This document shows, piece after piece, positions 12,860 to 25,445 of a stretch of 64,000 nt of DNA (position 1 is the stretch's first letter; each line of letters starts with the position of its first letter). The stretch comes from Octopus sinensis (Eukaryota): NCBI RefSeq assembly GCF_006345805.1, contig NC_043004.1, forward strand, positions 45,074,001 through 45,138,000. Reading direction: 5' to 3'. The position numbers and the translations under genes were made by a program. The notes under the pieces are model-generated. The model saw only the letters and a list, made by a program, of their open reading frames with translations, ran no database searches and was not told where the DNA came from.

Positions 12860-13200
12860 GCTCTGCAGTTAAGAAGTTTGCTTTGTAACCATGTGGTTTG
12901 GGGTTGTGTCATATTGCAGGACCTTGGGAAAGTGTTTTCTACTATGAGTCCAGACTGACCACTGAATTGTATGAGAATTTAGGATATGAAAACCGTTAAG
13001 CAGTCAAGATGTAGTGATACAATAATGCATGTATGTGTCCCTTTTAGCTTAAGAACCAATATTGATTTGTTGCATCCCCATAATTTAGCAGTTCAGCAAA
13101 ATGAGATTGATTTTATAAGTATCAAACTTAAAAATAATTGTTGGAGTTGAATTGGTGACACCTTAATATGGGCACGGCCCAATAACTGATACAAGTCAAA
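12860..13200 (+). mobile_element. SINE family A, degenerate
   Basis: Head, middle and CAAGTCAAAGAATAA tail recognisable. Confidence 0.6.
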
Positions 13201-14265
13201 GAATAAGGACTAATAGGGGACACATGCACACACATACAACTGAAAGTTAAATTAAACTTCCAACTGCTCCCTTCATTACTCTTTCATCTTTCATTGTCTT
13301 GCTTATTTGAAGCACCATGCTGCCATTTGCATCAACAGATGGCACTTATTGTGTCCTTATTTAATCCTCTCCACTATCACTCTTTATCACTCTGCCTCAC
13401 TTTCACTATCACCCCTCCAGCGTTCTACTTCTTTTCCAACCCTGTGTTGTCTATATTTGATACACCATTATCCTCTTTTAGTGTGTGCCATCTTTCTCCC
13501 TCTCTCTCTCTTCTGTATGTCTTTCTACATCAGCATCTACTAATCTTACTATCTCAATTACTCACCATCACTAGGTATTTACCTAGGGCTACAGCAATGT
13601 GCTGTGCAGTGGAACAGAACCTGAAGCCACAGGGTTGAGAAATGAATTTCTTTACCACACATCCATTCTTGTACTTCATTAAAAATCTTCATTTCTAATT
13701 CTAAGATCTAGCAGTAATGTTTAGACAAAACTTCATGGATAAGGTCTTATAAAACTGAAATAATGTAACTACTGATATATGCACAAAAAAGACTGACTGG
13801 TCCCAGCTGGAAAGCTTTTGATCATAGGTCATTAGTAGTCATCAATAGATGTTTATCCTTCATTCATCCCCAGCGTTCTTCCTCCTTGTTTCCCTGTTTA
13901 TCTTTCTGTGTTTCTTCAAATACACGCACATACACCAGTCCAGGTGTGTTAATGTGATTAGTTGAAGATACTGAAATATGAAATCAGATGTAGTGATACA
14001 GTAAGCAATATATACAAACAGAAATTTAATGTAATAACATAAACAGACTAATGTATAAACATCAGCCAGGTGTTGTGAAACCGGACGACTCGAAAAAAAT
14101 ATTTTGATGAAACTGAGTTTGTATATTTGTATATACATCCATCCGTTCCTCCAACCACACATACTTGCATATTGGAAATGTGATCTTTATGCACACATAC
14201 TTGAGTGGTGGGTTTTTAATGTGATATCTGTTTTTAGTTTTTCATTTTATTTTTTTTTTGATCAG

Positions 14266-14325
14266 AATGAAGGGCAGGCAGTGCCCAGCGCCCCTCTACA
14301 GGGCTTTTGAGATTGGTGGTTGAGA
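14266..14325 (+). CDS. Candidate GC-rich exon (terminal or poison)
   Basis: Strong acceptor tttttagtttttcattttatttttttttgatcAG. Frames read NEGQAVPSAPLQGF* or MKGRQCPAPLYRAFEIGG*. Possible donors at 14326 and 14335. Confidence 0.3.
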
Positions 14326-15304
14326 GTAAAGACGGTATCTTTAAACTAGAGGCCTCGTGTGAATGCTTGCAACAGAGAGGACTCTGATAAAGGCACCCAA
14401 AGTACCTCTAAATCCAGCAATGGATTATGTTTACCACCCATGTTCAATGCAGTTGCTTGACCGTTAGATACTTTTTTGGGAATCCGCATTGTTGCAAGTA
14501 TTTGGACTATGTTTCTGCTCTGATTATAAATTCTTCCCTTCTGCCTGCACTCTATGAAGTCCTAGAAGAGATCACAAGTATTGGACTTACTAATTTGAGT
14601 TTACACTCACACAGACACATACACGCACATATACACAGCTCTACATAGCGTGATTGTTAAGTACAGTACAAAATTTTGGACAGTGTAGTGATGAGTTTAA
14701 GCCAAAGGTTACAGTTTTGCCTCTAGATAAGCTGTTCTAATTAGCTTTTTATTGTTTTTTACATTAAACATTTTAACAATTAAGCAACTGTTGTTTTTTC
14801 ATACTAACAGTAGCCCTGAATAATTCCTTTCAGTAAATTCTCTAAAATATGTTAATATTTACACCTACTGGTTTACAGTATTGTACTTAAGCATCAGTTG
14901 TGTTTCATTTATGAATGTTAGGCATGCAGTTTGTATTTACTATAAGCGCTTATTCATATTTTGTACATTTGTTAATTTTGTTTTTCTATGCTAGCATGGG
15001 TTTGAAGGATACTTATTAGTGAGGCACACTTTTGCTGCCACATGCCTTTCCTACAGTTAAACCTTACCTGTTTTCACTTAAGGGACTTCTTGATACAGTC
15101 AAAATTACCACTCTGTCAGATAAAATTCAAAGCCAAATTGCTACAAAGTAAACCCTGTTTCCAAATGGCTATGCCTGTTCCTCAGTGTATGAAAATGAAC
15201 AAATGAACTTGCACCTTTTTGTTTAGATTAGGAACTGACTTTTTTTTAAGTAATTTTTCTGTATCCCTACCACTCAGCTTATCAGTTCATCTTTCTTAAT
15301 GTAC

Positions 15305-15480
15305 TCAGCATCATCGTTTAATGACCTTGCTTGAATCTTTTTCACGTGCCACCGGCACAGGTGCCAGTGAAGCGACATTGGTAACGATCATGCTCGAATG
15401 GTGCCCTTTTACGTGCCACGGGTATGGAAGCCAGTTGGCTGCTCTGGCAATGATCACACTCAGATGGTGCTGTTTTTAAT
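15305..15480 (-). mobile_element. RTE LINE 3' fragment
   Basis: CATCATCGTTTAA tail plus GTGCCACCGGCACAGG repeat units. Confidence 0.7.
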
Positions 15481-18268
15481 AACCAAATAAAAACATGCTT
15501 CGAGATCTGATCAAATATAAAATGAAGCAAGAACAGAAACAATACAACCAGACCTTGTCTCATACCAAACAATGGGTGAAACCCAAACCACTAGGACTGC
15601 AAATGGTTACACAATTAATAAGCTGATGAATACACCCAAGACAAAACTAAAGGGAGAACTTCTAAAGAACTACATAAGCATCACAAGAATAACAATGGTA
15701 ATCTAAATGAACATAGATGCTCCATCATCAGCTGCTGTATTGGAAATCTAAGCAGTACTACTATATCATTGTATGTGTGTGTATGTGTGGATATTTTTTA
15801 TTTTTTAAATTTTTTTAATTTTTTGCTTGTTTCAGTCATTTGACTGAACCTGGAACCACGTGGTTGAGAAGCAAGCAATAATATACTGAAGTTTTAATAT
15901 TAATTTCCTATTGTTGTAATGAATGTTAGTGTAAATGTAATGCATGGTAATGTATCAAAGTGCATGGAGTAGAGTCAATATTTAGATTCCTGATATAGGT
16001 GCAGATTTATGTATCATAGGCATTGCTTATGCAAATATCCACACGTTTCTGCATAGATATTTTTCTTTTTTTTTTTTTATGGAGTTTAGTCCTCTCCTTC
16101 TGGTTCTGAGTATGAAGGTCAGAACAACACACACCACTGTCTGTTGTTGGTATTGTAACTGAGATATTCCATTAAGTTGTAGAACAGCATATATAAATCA
16201 GTTAAGCATCTGCAATAAAACAATAGGTGTAATACACACACTCACACACATGAAACAGCAAAATGTTGGCAACAGCTACAATAACTAGAACAACAAAAAT
16301 TGTAACTAATGAACATCAAAATTATATATTTTTTTTTTACCTTAGATACTTCAATTTGCAAATATTTCTATTGTTTGTTTTTAACTTTTGTTGTTGAACC
16401 ATATATATATATATACATGTGTTCTCAACTACGTAGAAATGTTGGCCCTGCTCCTTGGATTTATCTATTCATGTATATTTTTTTGTTTCTGTTGCTCTCT
16501 GAGTTACTGTTGAAATTGTGTATGTGTGTGTTATGGGGAACATCTGTCTGCATTTTATGTTTATTTTTCTGTTATATTAAAAGAAAAAAAAAAAATTTTT
16601 TGTTGTTACTTCTCCTTTATTTCCGGGATTTCATTTTTAATATAATGAGGGTGGAGTCAATAGCTAGATGACTAGTCATACTGTAATGCTTTCACTTCTG
16701 GGTGGTTAGGTGGTTTCTGAAGCTCTTAGATTGTATTAAGCAGATAAGAGAAAAATCAACCCCCTGGTGTAAGATGCCAGTCTATCTTAGGTGTAATTCC
16801 CAGAAGGTTTTAATGTGAGTTCTTACCTGTATATCAAGTGAAATAACAAATTATCTGCAATAGATTTTGGATTAGAGGGCTCTGAGCCGAGGGTCAAATA
16901 AGGTACCAACTCTGTTTCTTATATACGTTTTATGCCTACAAAATCTGGAGAAAGGGGCAATGCTCAATCTTTCCAGGCCCTTCTAGATGGTAGAATTTAT
17001 GCCATTAATATCCTTCAAGTTAACACCTATGAGAAAAACATGAACAGGGAGGAAATTGTAAAGGCTGGGGAGGGATGGCTATGTGGAAGGTAATAGCAAG
17101 AGGAAACAAGTAGATTGCGAATACTTGAGTGGAGGTGGCTTGAGACCAGCTATCACTGAGGAGTAGAAGCTATTATTTTCCTTTGAACTAGTTGTTTTAT
17201 GTCTTGGATACTGTTCTGAGTGCAAATATCATTTTTATCTCTGGTGGTGGTCAAGAAAATGTGAAGTAATTATATACCATTCACTCAGTTTGTCGGTGTT
17301 ATTTTATTATTTTTTTTTAGTTTTAAGCATTAAGAGGTGTGATTTGCAGACTCAGTTAAATCTGATATATCAGAATTCCAGAACATTTGTTAAATGCACT
17401 GTGCCTTATACGATTAACCATTTCCTAAAGTATGAAATCCTGGAAATGATTGACATCAGATCATAGGTCCAATTATTGGATCTGTTGGCATAGTTCTGAG
17501 GCTCATTGAAGCACTCAAACCATAATACCATAATAAGGTTGGAAACTTGTAGATGATGCTTTTTTAACTTGCACAAGTTAAAAATCCTCAAAATGCTTCA
17601 TGCTCTTGCATTCTAGCTGGAAAAATGGAGAAGGAGCCATTGTATATAATATAGTAATCTTTTAGTAGAAAGAATAGAAGTTTTGGATTGTAGACTCAGT
17701 TTTTCATTTGGTTTAGTTCCTTTCATATCTTACCCAAGACTGCCCTTGGTTCTATGACATACACTATTTTAAAGTTATCTAAATTTAAATATTCCTTCAA
17801 GTTTCATGTCAATTTATGCTACAAACAAGAGCTTCATTAATGACAGTTATTTTACAAAGTTCTTTATTATTGTAGAAATTAAGTGAAGCAAAACCAGTGT
17901 ATTTTAATAGAAAGATGGAAATAAAAGATGTGGGAACGAACCCTGAATAACATAGTTCCAAAACGAACTATAACCACATGGCTATACTCTCTCTCTCTCT
18001 CTCTCTCTCTCTGTATATATAAATATATATATATACACATATACACACATATATATATACACACACACATGTATGTATATATATATATATATATACACAC
18101 ATACACACATATATATATATATATATGTTATAGGAAGGAGAATTACATATTGATAAAATCATTGATTGAATAATTTTATATTTGTAAACTTTGGATGATG
18201 TCCAACTATTTTACACACACACACACATGCACAGAGATAGTGAGAGGGAGATAGATAGATAGATAGAT

Positions 18269-18313
<45 letters not shown>

Positions 18314-18495
18314 TACTTAAGTAATTTAAGGTCCAGACATTATTCCTGCTTCAGTGCATATTAAACAGTTTCCACTTTCTTTGAAAAATGTGTTGTGTTG
18401 CTTTCTGAAATTTTATAACTTTTTGTTGGTTAGTTAGTTTTTAATTTGTCAATTTTTATATGTATTGTTTCTTAATCTTCCCATATGTCTTCCAG

Positions 18496-18679
18496 TGAAA
18501 GTAATAAATTTTTAAGGAATAGAAAATCAAGCATTGAGAAATTGAATAGAAATGAGAAAGTATTAAGGAGTGGGGTGAAGGGTGGGATCTCCCTCCCTAT
18601 CTCTAACAAAAAAAAACCCAAACTTAATAGAAAAATGAAATCGGATATGTTCCTAGTGTCTTGCATGCTGTCAGGTTAA
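18496..18679 (+). CDS. Candidate purine-rich exon
   Basis: ~75-nt T-rich tract ending cttccAG. Phase-2 frame ESNKFLRNRKSSIEKLNRNEKVLRSGVKGG...MLSG*. Possible donors at 18501, 18560 and 18675. Confidence 0.3.
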
Positions 18680-18851
18680 AATCTGCAGCTGTTGCATTGC
18701 TGCACACTTACAAACAATAAGTCAGCATATTTTAGTCATTAGTACTGGAAGTTAATGTATATGTGCATGCCACACAGTGTTTGTGTGTGAGTCTTTATAT
18801 ATATGTACAGGTGTATATGTATGTGTGTGTGTATACACATGCATATATGTG

Positions 18852-18887
<36 letters not shown>

Positions 18888-19140
18888 TGTATATACATAC
18901 ACACACATGTACATATATATATAAATGTATGTATAATATGTACACATACACACATGTATATATATGCATGTGTATATGTATATCTATGTTTAAGTAGGTA
19001 TGTATATGACTTTGAGTATGTTGATGTGTCATATGTATTATACTATATCATTCCCAATTTATTTTTATATTTTTCTCATCATACACCTAAATATATATAC
19101 AAAATATGTGTTTTCATATATGTACATTATATATATATAT

Positions 19141-20437
19141 ATCATCATAGTTGTCATTTAACTTCCGCTTTCCATGCTGGCATGGGTTGGACAGTTTACT
19201 GAAGGCTAGCGGGCCAGAAGGCTGCACCAGGCTCCAATCCGATCTGGCAATGTTTCTACAGCTGGATGCCCTTCCTAATGCCACCCACTCCGAGAGTGTA
19301 GTGGGTGCTTTTTACTTGCCACTGGCAACAATCACACTCGAATACTGCTTTTTACATGACACCAGCATGAGACCAGTCAGGCGGCACTGGCATTGACCAC
19401 ATTCGAATAGTCTTTTTTATGTGCCACCAGCACAGGTGCCAATCAGGCGGCCATGACAACGACTTTTTTTGATTCGACAGGTTTTTGCAAGCATAGTTTA
19501 TTGCCCAATGATTGAAGAGTACTCTTAAATGGGCTGGTTATGCTGCACTGACATAGGCCATGCTTATGGTCTCACGTGGTTTGTAGAGTCTTCTCATGCA
19601 CAGCATATCTCCAAAGGTCTCAGTCAATTGTCATTGCTTTGGTGATGCCCAACGTTTGAAGGTTGTGCTTCAACACATCATCCCAGGTCTTCCTGGGTCT
19701 ACCTCTTCCACACCAAATCTGATGCTTCTTATATCTAACTCTTCTCTCATGGCGCTTACTTTCTGTCGCTTATGCACCCTGATGTTATACATCCATTGGA
19801 GCATACTAGTTTCATTCCTTGCAAGCTTACAAATGTCCTCAGCAGTCACAGCCCATGTTTCACTGCCATGTAGCATGGCTGTTCGCACACATGTGTCATA
19901 CAGTCTACATTTTACTCTGAGCGAGAGGCCCTTCGTCACAAGCAGAGTTAGGAGCTCTCTGAACTTTTCCCAGGGTATTCTTAATCTAGCAACTACACTC
20001 TCAGAGCAACCACCCCCAATACTGACTTGGTCACCTAGGTAAGAGAAACTATCAACTACTTTTAGTTTTTCACCCTGGAATGTGACGGAAGCTGTTTTCT
20101 GCCCATTTTTAGTGTTTACTCCCCCTAGCATTCTCTGCATACAAAAACTATTTTCCTAGTTAGCCTTCCCTTGATATTGTTGCTCCTCTTATGTGTCCAG
20201 AGCTTACACTGGGTACATCTTATAGAGTTTCTACATACGCCTTTTCTACAGATTGAACAGGGCCATCTACCTGAAGGGATTTGTGGTTTGTCTGCCTTCC
20301 TACTTATTAAGACTTTGGTTTTTGCTAGATTGACTCTAAGGCCCTTCAATTCTAGACATTGCTTATACATCCATGCTGCCATCTCTTCAGTTATCCGGCC
20401 ATTGGAAAAATGCCCTTCTTTTGTTGCCTTACCATTT
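19141..20437 (-). mobile_element. 5'-truncated RTE-clade LINE (RT C-terminal half plus 3' UTR), frameshifted
   Basis: Translations KGLRVNLAKTKVL, EKLKVVDSFSYLGDQV, GLSLRVKCRLYDTCVRTAMLHGSETWAVT are typical of RTE RT. 3' UTR ends in (GAT)n. (TA)n on both flanks. Confidence 0.92.
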
Positions 20438-20679
20438 TTATCTATATATATATATTTATATATATATATAATATATATATACACACACATTTTTATGCAT
20501 AAACATCTCTCTCTCTCGAAATATACATATATACATATATATATATATATTTATATAGATAACTCTGTGTGTGTATATATATGCATATATATATATATTT
20601 TGGCATAAATCTCTGTATGTGTATGTATATATAGACACACACACACACACAGTGAGAGAGGTTCATGCATGAAAATACG

Positions 20680-20711
<32 letters not shown>

Positions 20712-21351
20712 TATATCTATAAATATATGTATATACATAAATCTCTTTCTCTCTCATATGTATGTATGCATGTAATATGTATGTGTATATGAATACTCTA
20801 GTATATCTATGACTATAGTTACACAATTCCTTTTATTCTTTTAGTGTGTGTGCATATGCAAAATTTACATAATCACACTTGTGTATGGTGAATACAAATA
20901 GTCACACTGTTCGCACATGCATAAACATGCACACACACACGTACACACGCACACACACACACAAATAGGTTCATCGCAATAAAGCATACACACACGAATT
21001 TCAGTTTCACACAATTTTTTTCATTTTCATTTTCCATTTTTATTTTATTTTATGTTACTTGATTTTGATTTTTACCATGTTAACTTTCCAGTCTCCCCAC
21101 CTTCCTCTTTCTTTTTTCTTTTTTTTTTTTCATTCTCTTACATCTTATTTCAGCTGGTTTTTTTTTTTAAAGCTTTTTTTTTTTGGTTTTATTTCTTTCT
21201 TCTGAAAATTTTCACAGCACTTGTTTTCTGTTCATACTTTTTTTTGTTTCTATTTTTTGTTTTCTTAATTCCCATATGTCTATACTTGAAATCATATTTG
21301 TCATTCCTTTAAATGCTTCTTTAGAAATCGGAAATCTATTACAGGAAACTT

Positions 21352-21505
21352 TTCATCACCACCACCAATACTACTACTGCTGCTGCTACTACTTCTACTA
21401 CTATTACTACAACTACCACCACTACCACCACCACCACCACCACCACCACTATCATCACCACCACCACTATCACCACCACCACTACTACTACAACTACTAC
21501 TACTC
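21352..21505. repeat. Compound (CAC)/(TAC) trinucleotide microsatellite
   Basis: Direct reading. Confidence 0.9.
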
Positions 21506-21720
21506 TTTATTTAAAAAGGAACAATTTTTTGAAACACTTGTTATTTTTATTCTCATTGACCAATTTTTTTTTTTTCACCCTCCCGTGATACAATAGGCTG
21601 ATGTGAAAACAATGTGTGAAGTCACTTTGTGTTCTCTCAACCCATTAGAATGTACGGCAAAATCTCCTTTAAATCACATTCCCTGCTATCCTAGAAAAAA
21701 AAAAAAATTAATGAATAAAC

Positions 21721-21895
21721 AGGTGTAGGCATGGCTGTGTAGTTAAGAACTTCAGTTTGCGACCACGTGGTTTGAGGTTGACTTCCAGTGTGTGGCACCT
21801 TGGTCAGTCTTCTATTATGGTTGCAGGCCCACCTATGCCTTGTGAAGAAATTTGTTTGATAGAAACTGTGTGGTAGGCCATTGTGTGTGTGTTTC
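21721..21895 (+). mobile_element. SINE family A 5' half
   Basis: AGGTGTAGGCATGGCTGTGTAG head. Confidence 0.7.
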
Positions 21896-21896
21896 T

Positions 21897-22048
21897 GCGA
21901 GCTGGCAGAAACATTAGCACGCCAGGCGAAATGCGTAGCCGTATGTCGTCTGTCGTTACGTTCCGAGTTCAAATTCCACCGAGGTCGACTTTGTCTTTCA
22001 TCCTTTCGGGGTCGATAAATTAAGTACCAGTTACGCACTGGGGTCGAA
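21897..22048 (+). mobile_element. SINE family B, young CpG-rich, 3' truncated
   Basis: GAGCTGGCAGAAACATTAGCACGCC..GAGTTCAAATTCCACCGAGGTCGACTTTG..GGGGTCGATAAATTAAGTACC. Confidence 0.8.
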
Positions 22049-22059
22049 AGGTTTTTGTC

Positions 22060-22358
22060 AAACAAATCGATACCTGTACTTATTTTTTAAAGCTTGATAC
22101 TTATTCTGTTGACCTCTTTTGCTGAACTACTTGGTTACTGGGATGAAAACAAACTGATACTGGATGTTGATCAGTGATGAGGGACAAGCGCCACACAAAT
22201 ACACACACATAACAAGCTTCTTTCAGTTTCCATCTACCAACTAGGCTTTGATTGGCTTGAAACTATACTGGAAGACACTTTCCAAGGTGCCATGTTGTGG
22301 TACTGAACCAGAGACCACATGATAAGGAAGCAAGATTTTCAACCTCATAGCCACACCG
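22060..22358 (-). mobile_element. SINE family A
   Basis: Reverse-complement copy. Confidence 0.7.
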
Positions 22359-22688
22359 TTAATAGATTTTTTTACAGTCCTACAGTGAATAGTTTCCAAT
22401 TTGCATAAAGCCTCTAACTTCCCTCCATTCTTGATAAACATAATCTTTCTATCTCGAATTATGGATGATATATTCTAAATGCAGTCATTAGTCATTATCT
22501 TTTTTTGTTTTCTTCTTATTTATTTCTGTCTAGTCTTGCCAGTCCGATTAGCACTGTTCAGCATTCTGTCTAGTCTTTCTAGTTCGTTAAGTATCAGTTG
22601 AGAATATTATAACTATAAATTATTACTGGGACTGTTTGTGTGTTATTGGTGCCTATTAGCTTGTATTTTTTTTTGTTTTTGCATTTAG

Positions 22689-22710
22689 CGCTGTTACATA
22701 TCTCAATCCA
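22689..22710 (+). CDS. Candidate 22-nt microexon
   Basis: ttgtattttttttgtttttgcatttAG|CGCTGTTACATATCTCAATCCA|GTATGT; reads AVTYLNP. Confidence 0.28.
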
Positions 22711-22789
22711 GTATGTCTGTAATATTCCATCCTTTCATTTATGTGTTCCACCTTGTCTATTTCACTGATTCCTGAGAATTTGTATGCTT

Positions 22790-23375
22790 AGCAGCATTTT
22801 TCCAGTCATTGTGTTCTGAGTTAAAATTCTGCTGAGCTTGACGTTACCTTTGTAATTAATTAGTCCCCTCCTCCACAATTTCAGGCTTTGTGCCTATTGT
22901 AGAAAGTATTATTATTGTTATTATTATTATTATTATTATTGTTGTTGTTGTTGTTAAGGTGGTGAGGAGATAGTCATTAGCACACTGGGCAAAATCCTTA
23001 GTAAGATTTTGTCTATCTTTACATTCTGAGCACAAATTCTGCTGAGGTTGACTTTACCTGTCATTCTTTCAGGATCAATAAAATAAGTACCAGTTGAAAA
23101 CTGAAGCCAGTCTAATCAACTACCCACCCCCACTCAAATATCAGACCTTGTGGCTGTAGTAGAAAAAATTATTGGGTGGATTGGTAGTGTTGTTAGTGTT
23201 GGTGTGCATTCTGATTTTGTTCATTCTGAGTTAAGATCCCACAATGGTCAGCTTAGCCTGTCATTATTTCGAGCTTAACAAAATAAAGTATGAAAGAAGT
23301 ACTGGGGTTAATATAATCAACTAATGCTGCCAGCTATCTGTAAAATTTCTGGCTTTGTGTCAAAATTTGAAATTG
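22790..23375 (+). mobile_element. Three degenerate head-to-tail SINE family B copies
   Basis: TTCTGAGT..AAATTCTGCTGAG motif at ~22815, ~23025 and ~23225, each followed by an (ATT/GTT)n tail. Confidence 0.65.
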
Positions 23376-23439
23376 TTGTTGTTGTTTTGCTCCAATGTCT
23401 TTGAAAAAAAATTTATGTTTCTTTGTTTTTCTCTTTGCA

Positions 23440-23446
23440 GGTAAGT
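23440..23446 (+). promoter_or_regulatory. Candidate recursive splice site / ratchet point
   Basis: tttatgtttctttgtttttctctttgcAG|GTAAGT: consensus 3'ss directly followed by a perfect 5'ss. Confidence 0.5.
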
Positions 23447-24051
23447 CTATCTCATCTTTGAAAAAATAAACTGGATACACAATACATTTTATTTTTAACA
23501 AATTCCTGCTTTGGGCATTTTTTCTTTGTCAAAGGTAAGAAAGTTAATAGATATAATGTTACTTTTCATTTCTATATTTCATCTTAATTTTCTTGAGATA
23601 TTTTATTCTTGTTTTCATCATGATTTTGTGTGATTTTTTTTCCTCCCATCATTTTTACACATAAGAATTGAGTCCATGATTAGTGACATATCTAAATATT
23701 AAAAAAAAAGTGATTACTTTACACAAAACACAAGGTAAGAATATTCATCCCTCATGCTTCTTCCCATTATGACAAATCTTTATTATGTTGACATATAATG
23801 ATAGGGATGGAGATTAAAGCTAGTCACTCAAAGTTGATAGGGTAGATTAAGAACTGTGACATTGTTACTCTTTCCAAAAGTATTTGCAGAAGTCTTTGGG
23901 ATATCTGTCTTCTGGAAATTGGGCTTGATTTGATAGAAGTTTCCCTGTATTACAATATTTAACAGAAAACACACACAGAAGCACACCACTTCTCCTTTTC
24001 ACGCTTGTGCACCCATCCAATGCCCCCCCCCCCCGGCTAAAGATAAATGAA

Positions 24052-24388
24052 TCTCTATATATATAAATGGCAAAATGTCTGCGTGTGTGTCCTTTATACA
24101 AATCCACAATTTTTCAGCTAGAGGGCTCACACTTTCTATGGTCATTCAAAACCGTCCAAGGGTGGTCGTGCACATCTTTATATTTCCCCAGTCACCCCGC
24201 AAAGCCATTAAAAAATCAATAGAAGTGACTTTTTTGTGAATTTTCTAACCAAAACCCAATCAAAATGCCGGCTAGCTGTATGTGATTGGTCAGAGATTTA
24301 GACAGTATTCGCGTGTATGTGCACACACACACAGTTGTATACGCATGCACTAGCACTATGACCCGGCAACGCCGGGTCATAGTGCTAG
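24052..24388 (+). mobile_element. Non-autonomous Helitron
   Basis: A|TCTCTATATATATAAA 5' end; 3' GC hairpin ending CTAG|T; A|T insertion site, no TSD. Confidence 0.8.
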
Positions 24389-24984
24389 TTGATGTATAAA
24401 ATAAAGGAACATGTAGATTTGATTAACATAAATAAAGAAAAATTCCAAAAGCCTGGTAAAGCAGTGCACAAGATGTCATCTGTTCGTATGTGTTTGTACA
24501 TATATGTACAGTGTAATTACCAATTAAAGATGTGATTTTCTCTGTTCTTATTCTTGTTGTCTTATACTCTGAATTTCTTGAAATTCTTCTAAGTGATATT
24601 TGAGGTTACTTGTCATACATGAAGAATCACCTTAGATGTTAACTTGCATTTATTGGTATTTTATTGATTGATATAGTTAACCAAATTTACTTAACACTGG
24701 GTGTTTTTATTGCTGTCTGCCTGGGTTTATTAATCCTTCTTACTTCTTCTCTGTGCATACATACATGTGTGTGTGTGTGTGTACATAGATGAAAAAAAAC
24801 ATTCAACAGATGTTGTGGGGGTCAAATGTTTGTATTGGTGTTGACCTAAGTGTATACTGAGTCAAACTGTTAATACAAATACGGACTTCTGAAATGGAGG
24901 AATTAGTCAATCTGAGGCTATAGCAGAAGAAACTTGCACATGGTCTTGACACAGTGGGATCAGACTCACAACTTTTTGGTTATA

Positions 24985-25210
24985 CTCTTTTACTTTTTTA
25001 CTTGTTTCAGTCGTTTGACTGTGGCCATGCTGGAGCACCGCCTTTAGTCAAGCAAATCGACCCCAGGACCTATTCTTTGTAAGCCTAGTACTTATTCTAT
25101 TGGTCTCTTTTAACAAACCGCTAAGTTTCAGTGATGTAAACACACCAGCATCTGTTGTCAAGCTATGTTGCGGGGACGAACACAGATACACAAACACACA
25201 TACAAACACG

Positions 25211-25278
<68 letters not shown>

Positions 25279-25445
25279 TATATACGACGGGCTTCTTTCA
25301 GTTTCTGTCTACCAAATCCACTCACAAGGCTTTGGTCGGCCTGAGGTTATAGTGAAAGACACTTTCCCAAGGTGCCACGCAGTGGGACTGAACCCGCAAC
25401 CATGTGGTTGGTAAACAAGCTACTTACCACACAGCCACTCCTATG
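24985..25445 (-). mobile_element. SINE family A, full length, young
   Basis: Intact CpGs, (CTCTTTTA) tail complement, head CTTACCACACAGCCACTCC. Confidence 0.85.

Noticed and set aside
21325-21590. Thr-rich or His-rich long reading frames
   Set aside because: Produced by a (CAC/TAC) microsatellite
2344-24535. Shared 14-mer AATTAAAGATGTGA upstream of two pyrimidine tracts (2344 and 24522)
   Set aside because: AT-rich 14-mer matches are expected by chance in 64 kb, and the flanks do not align
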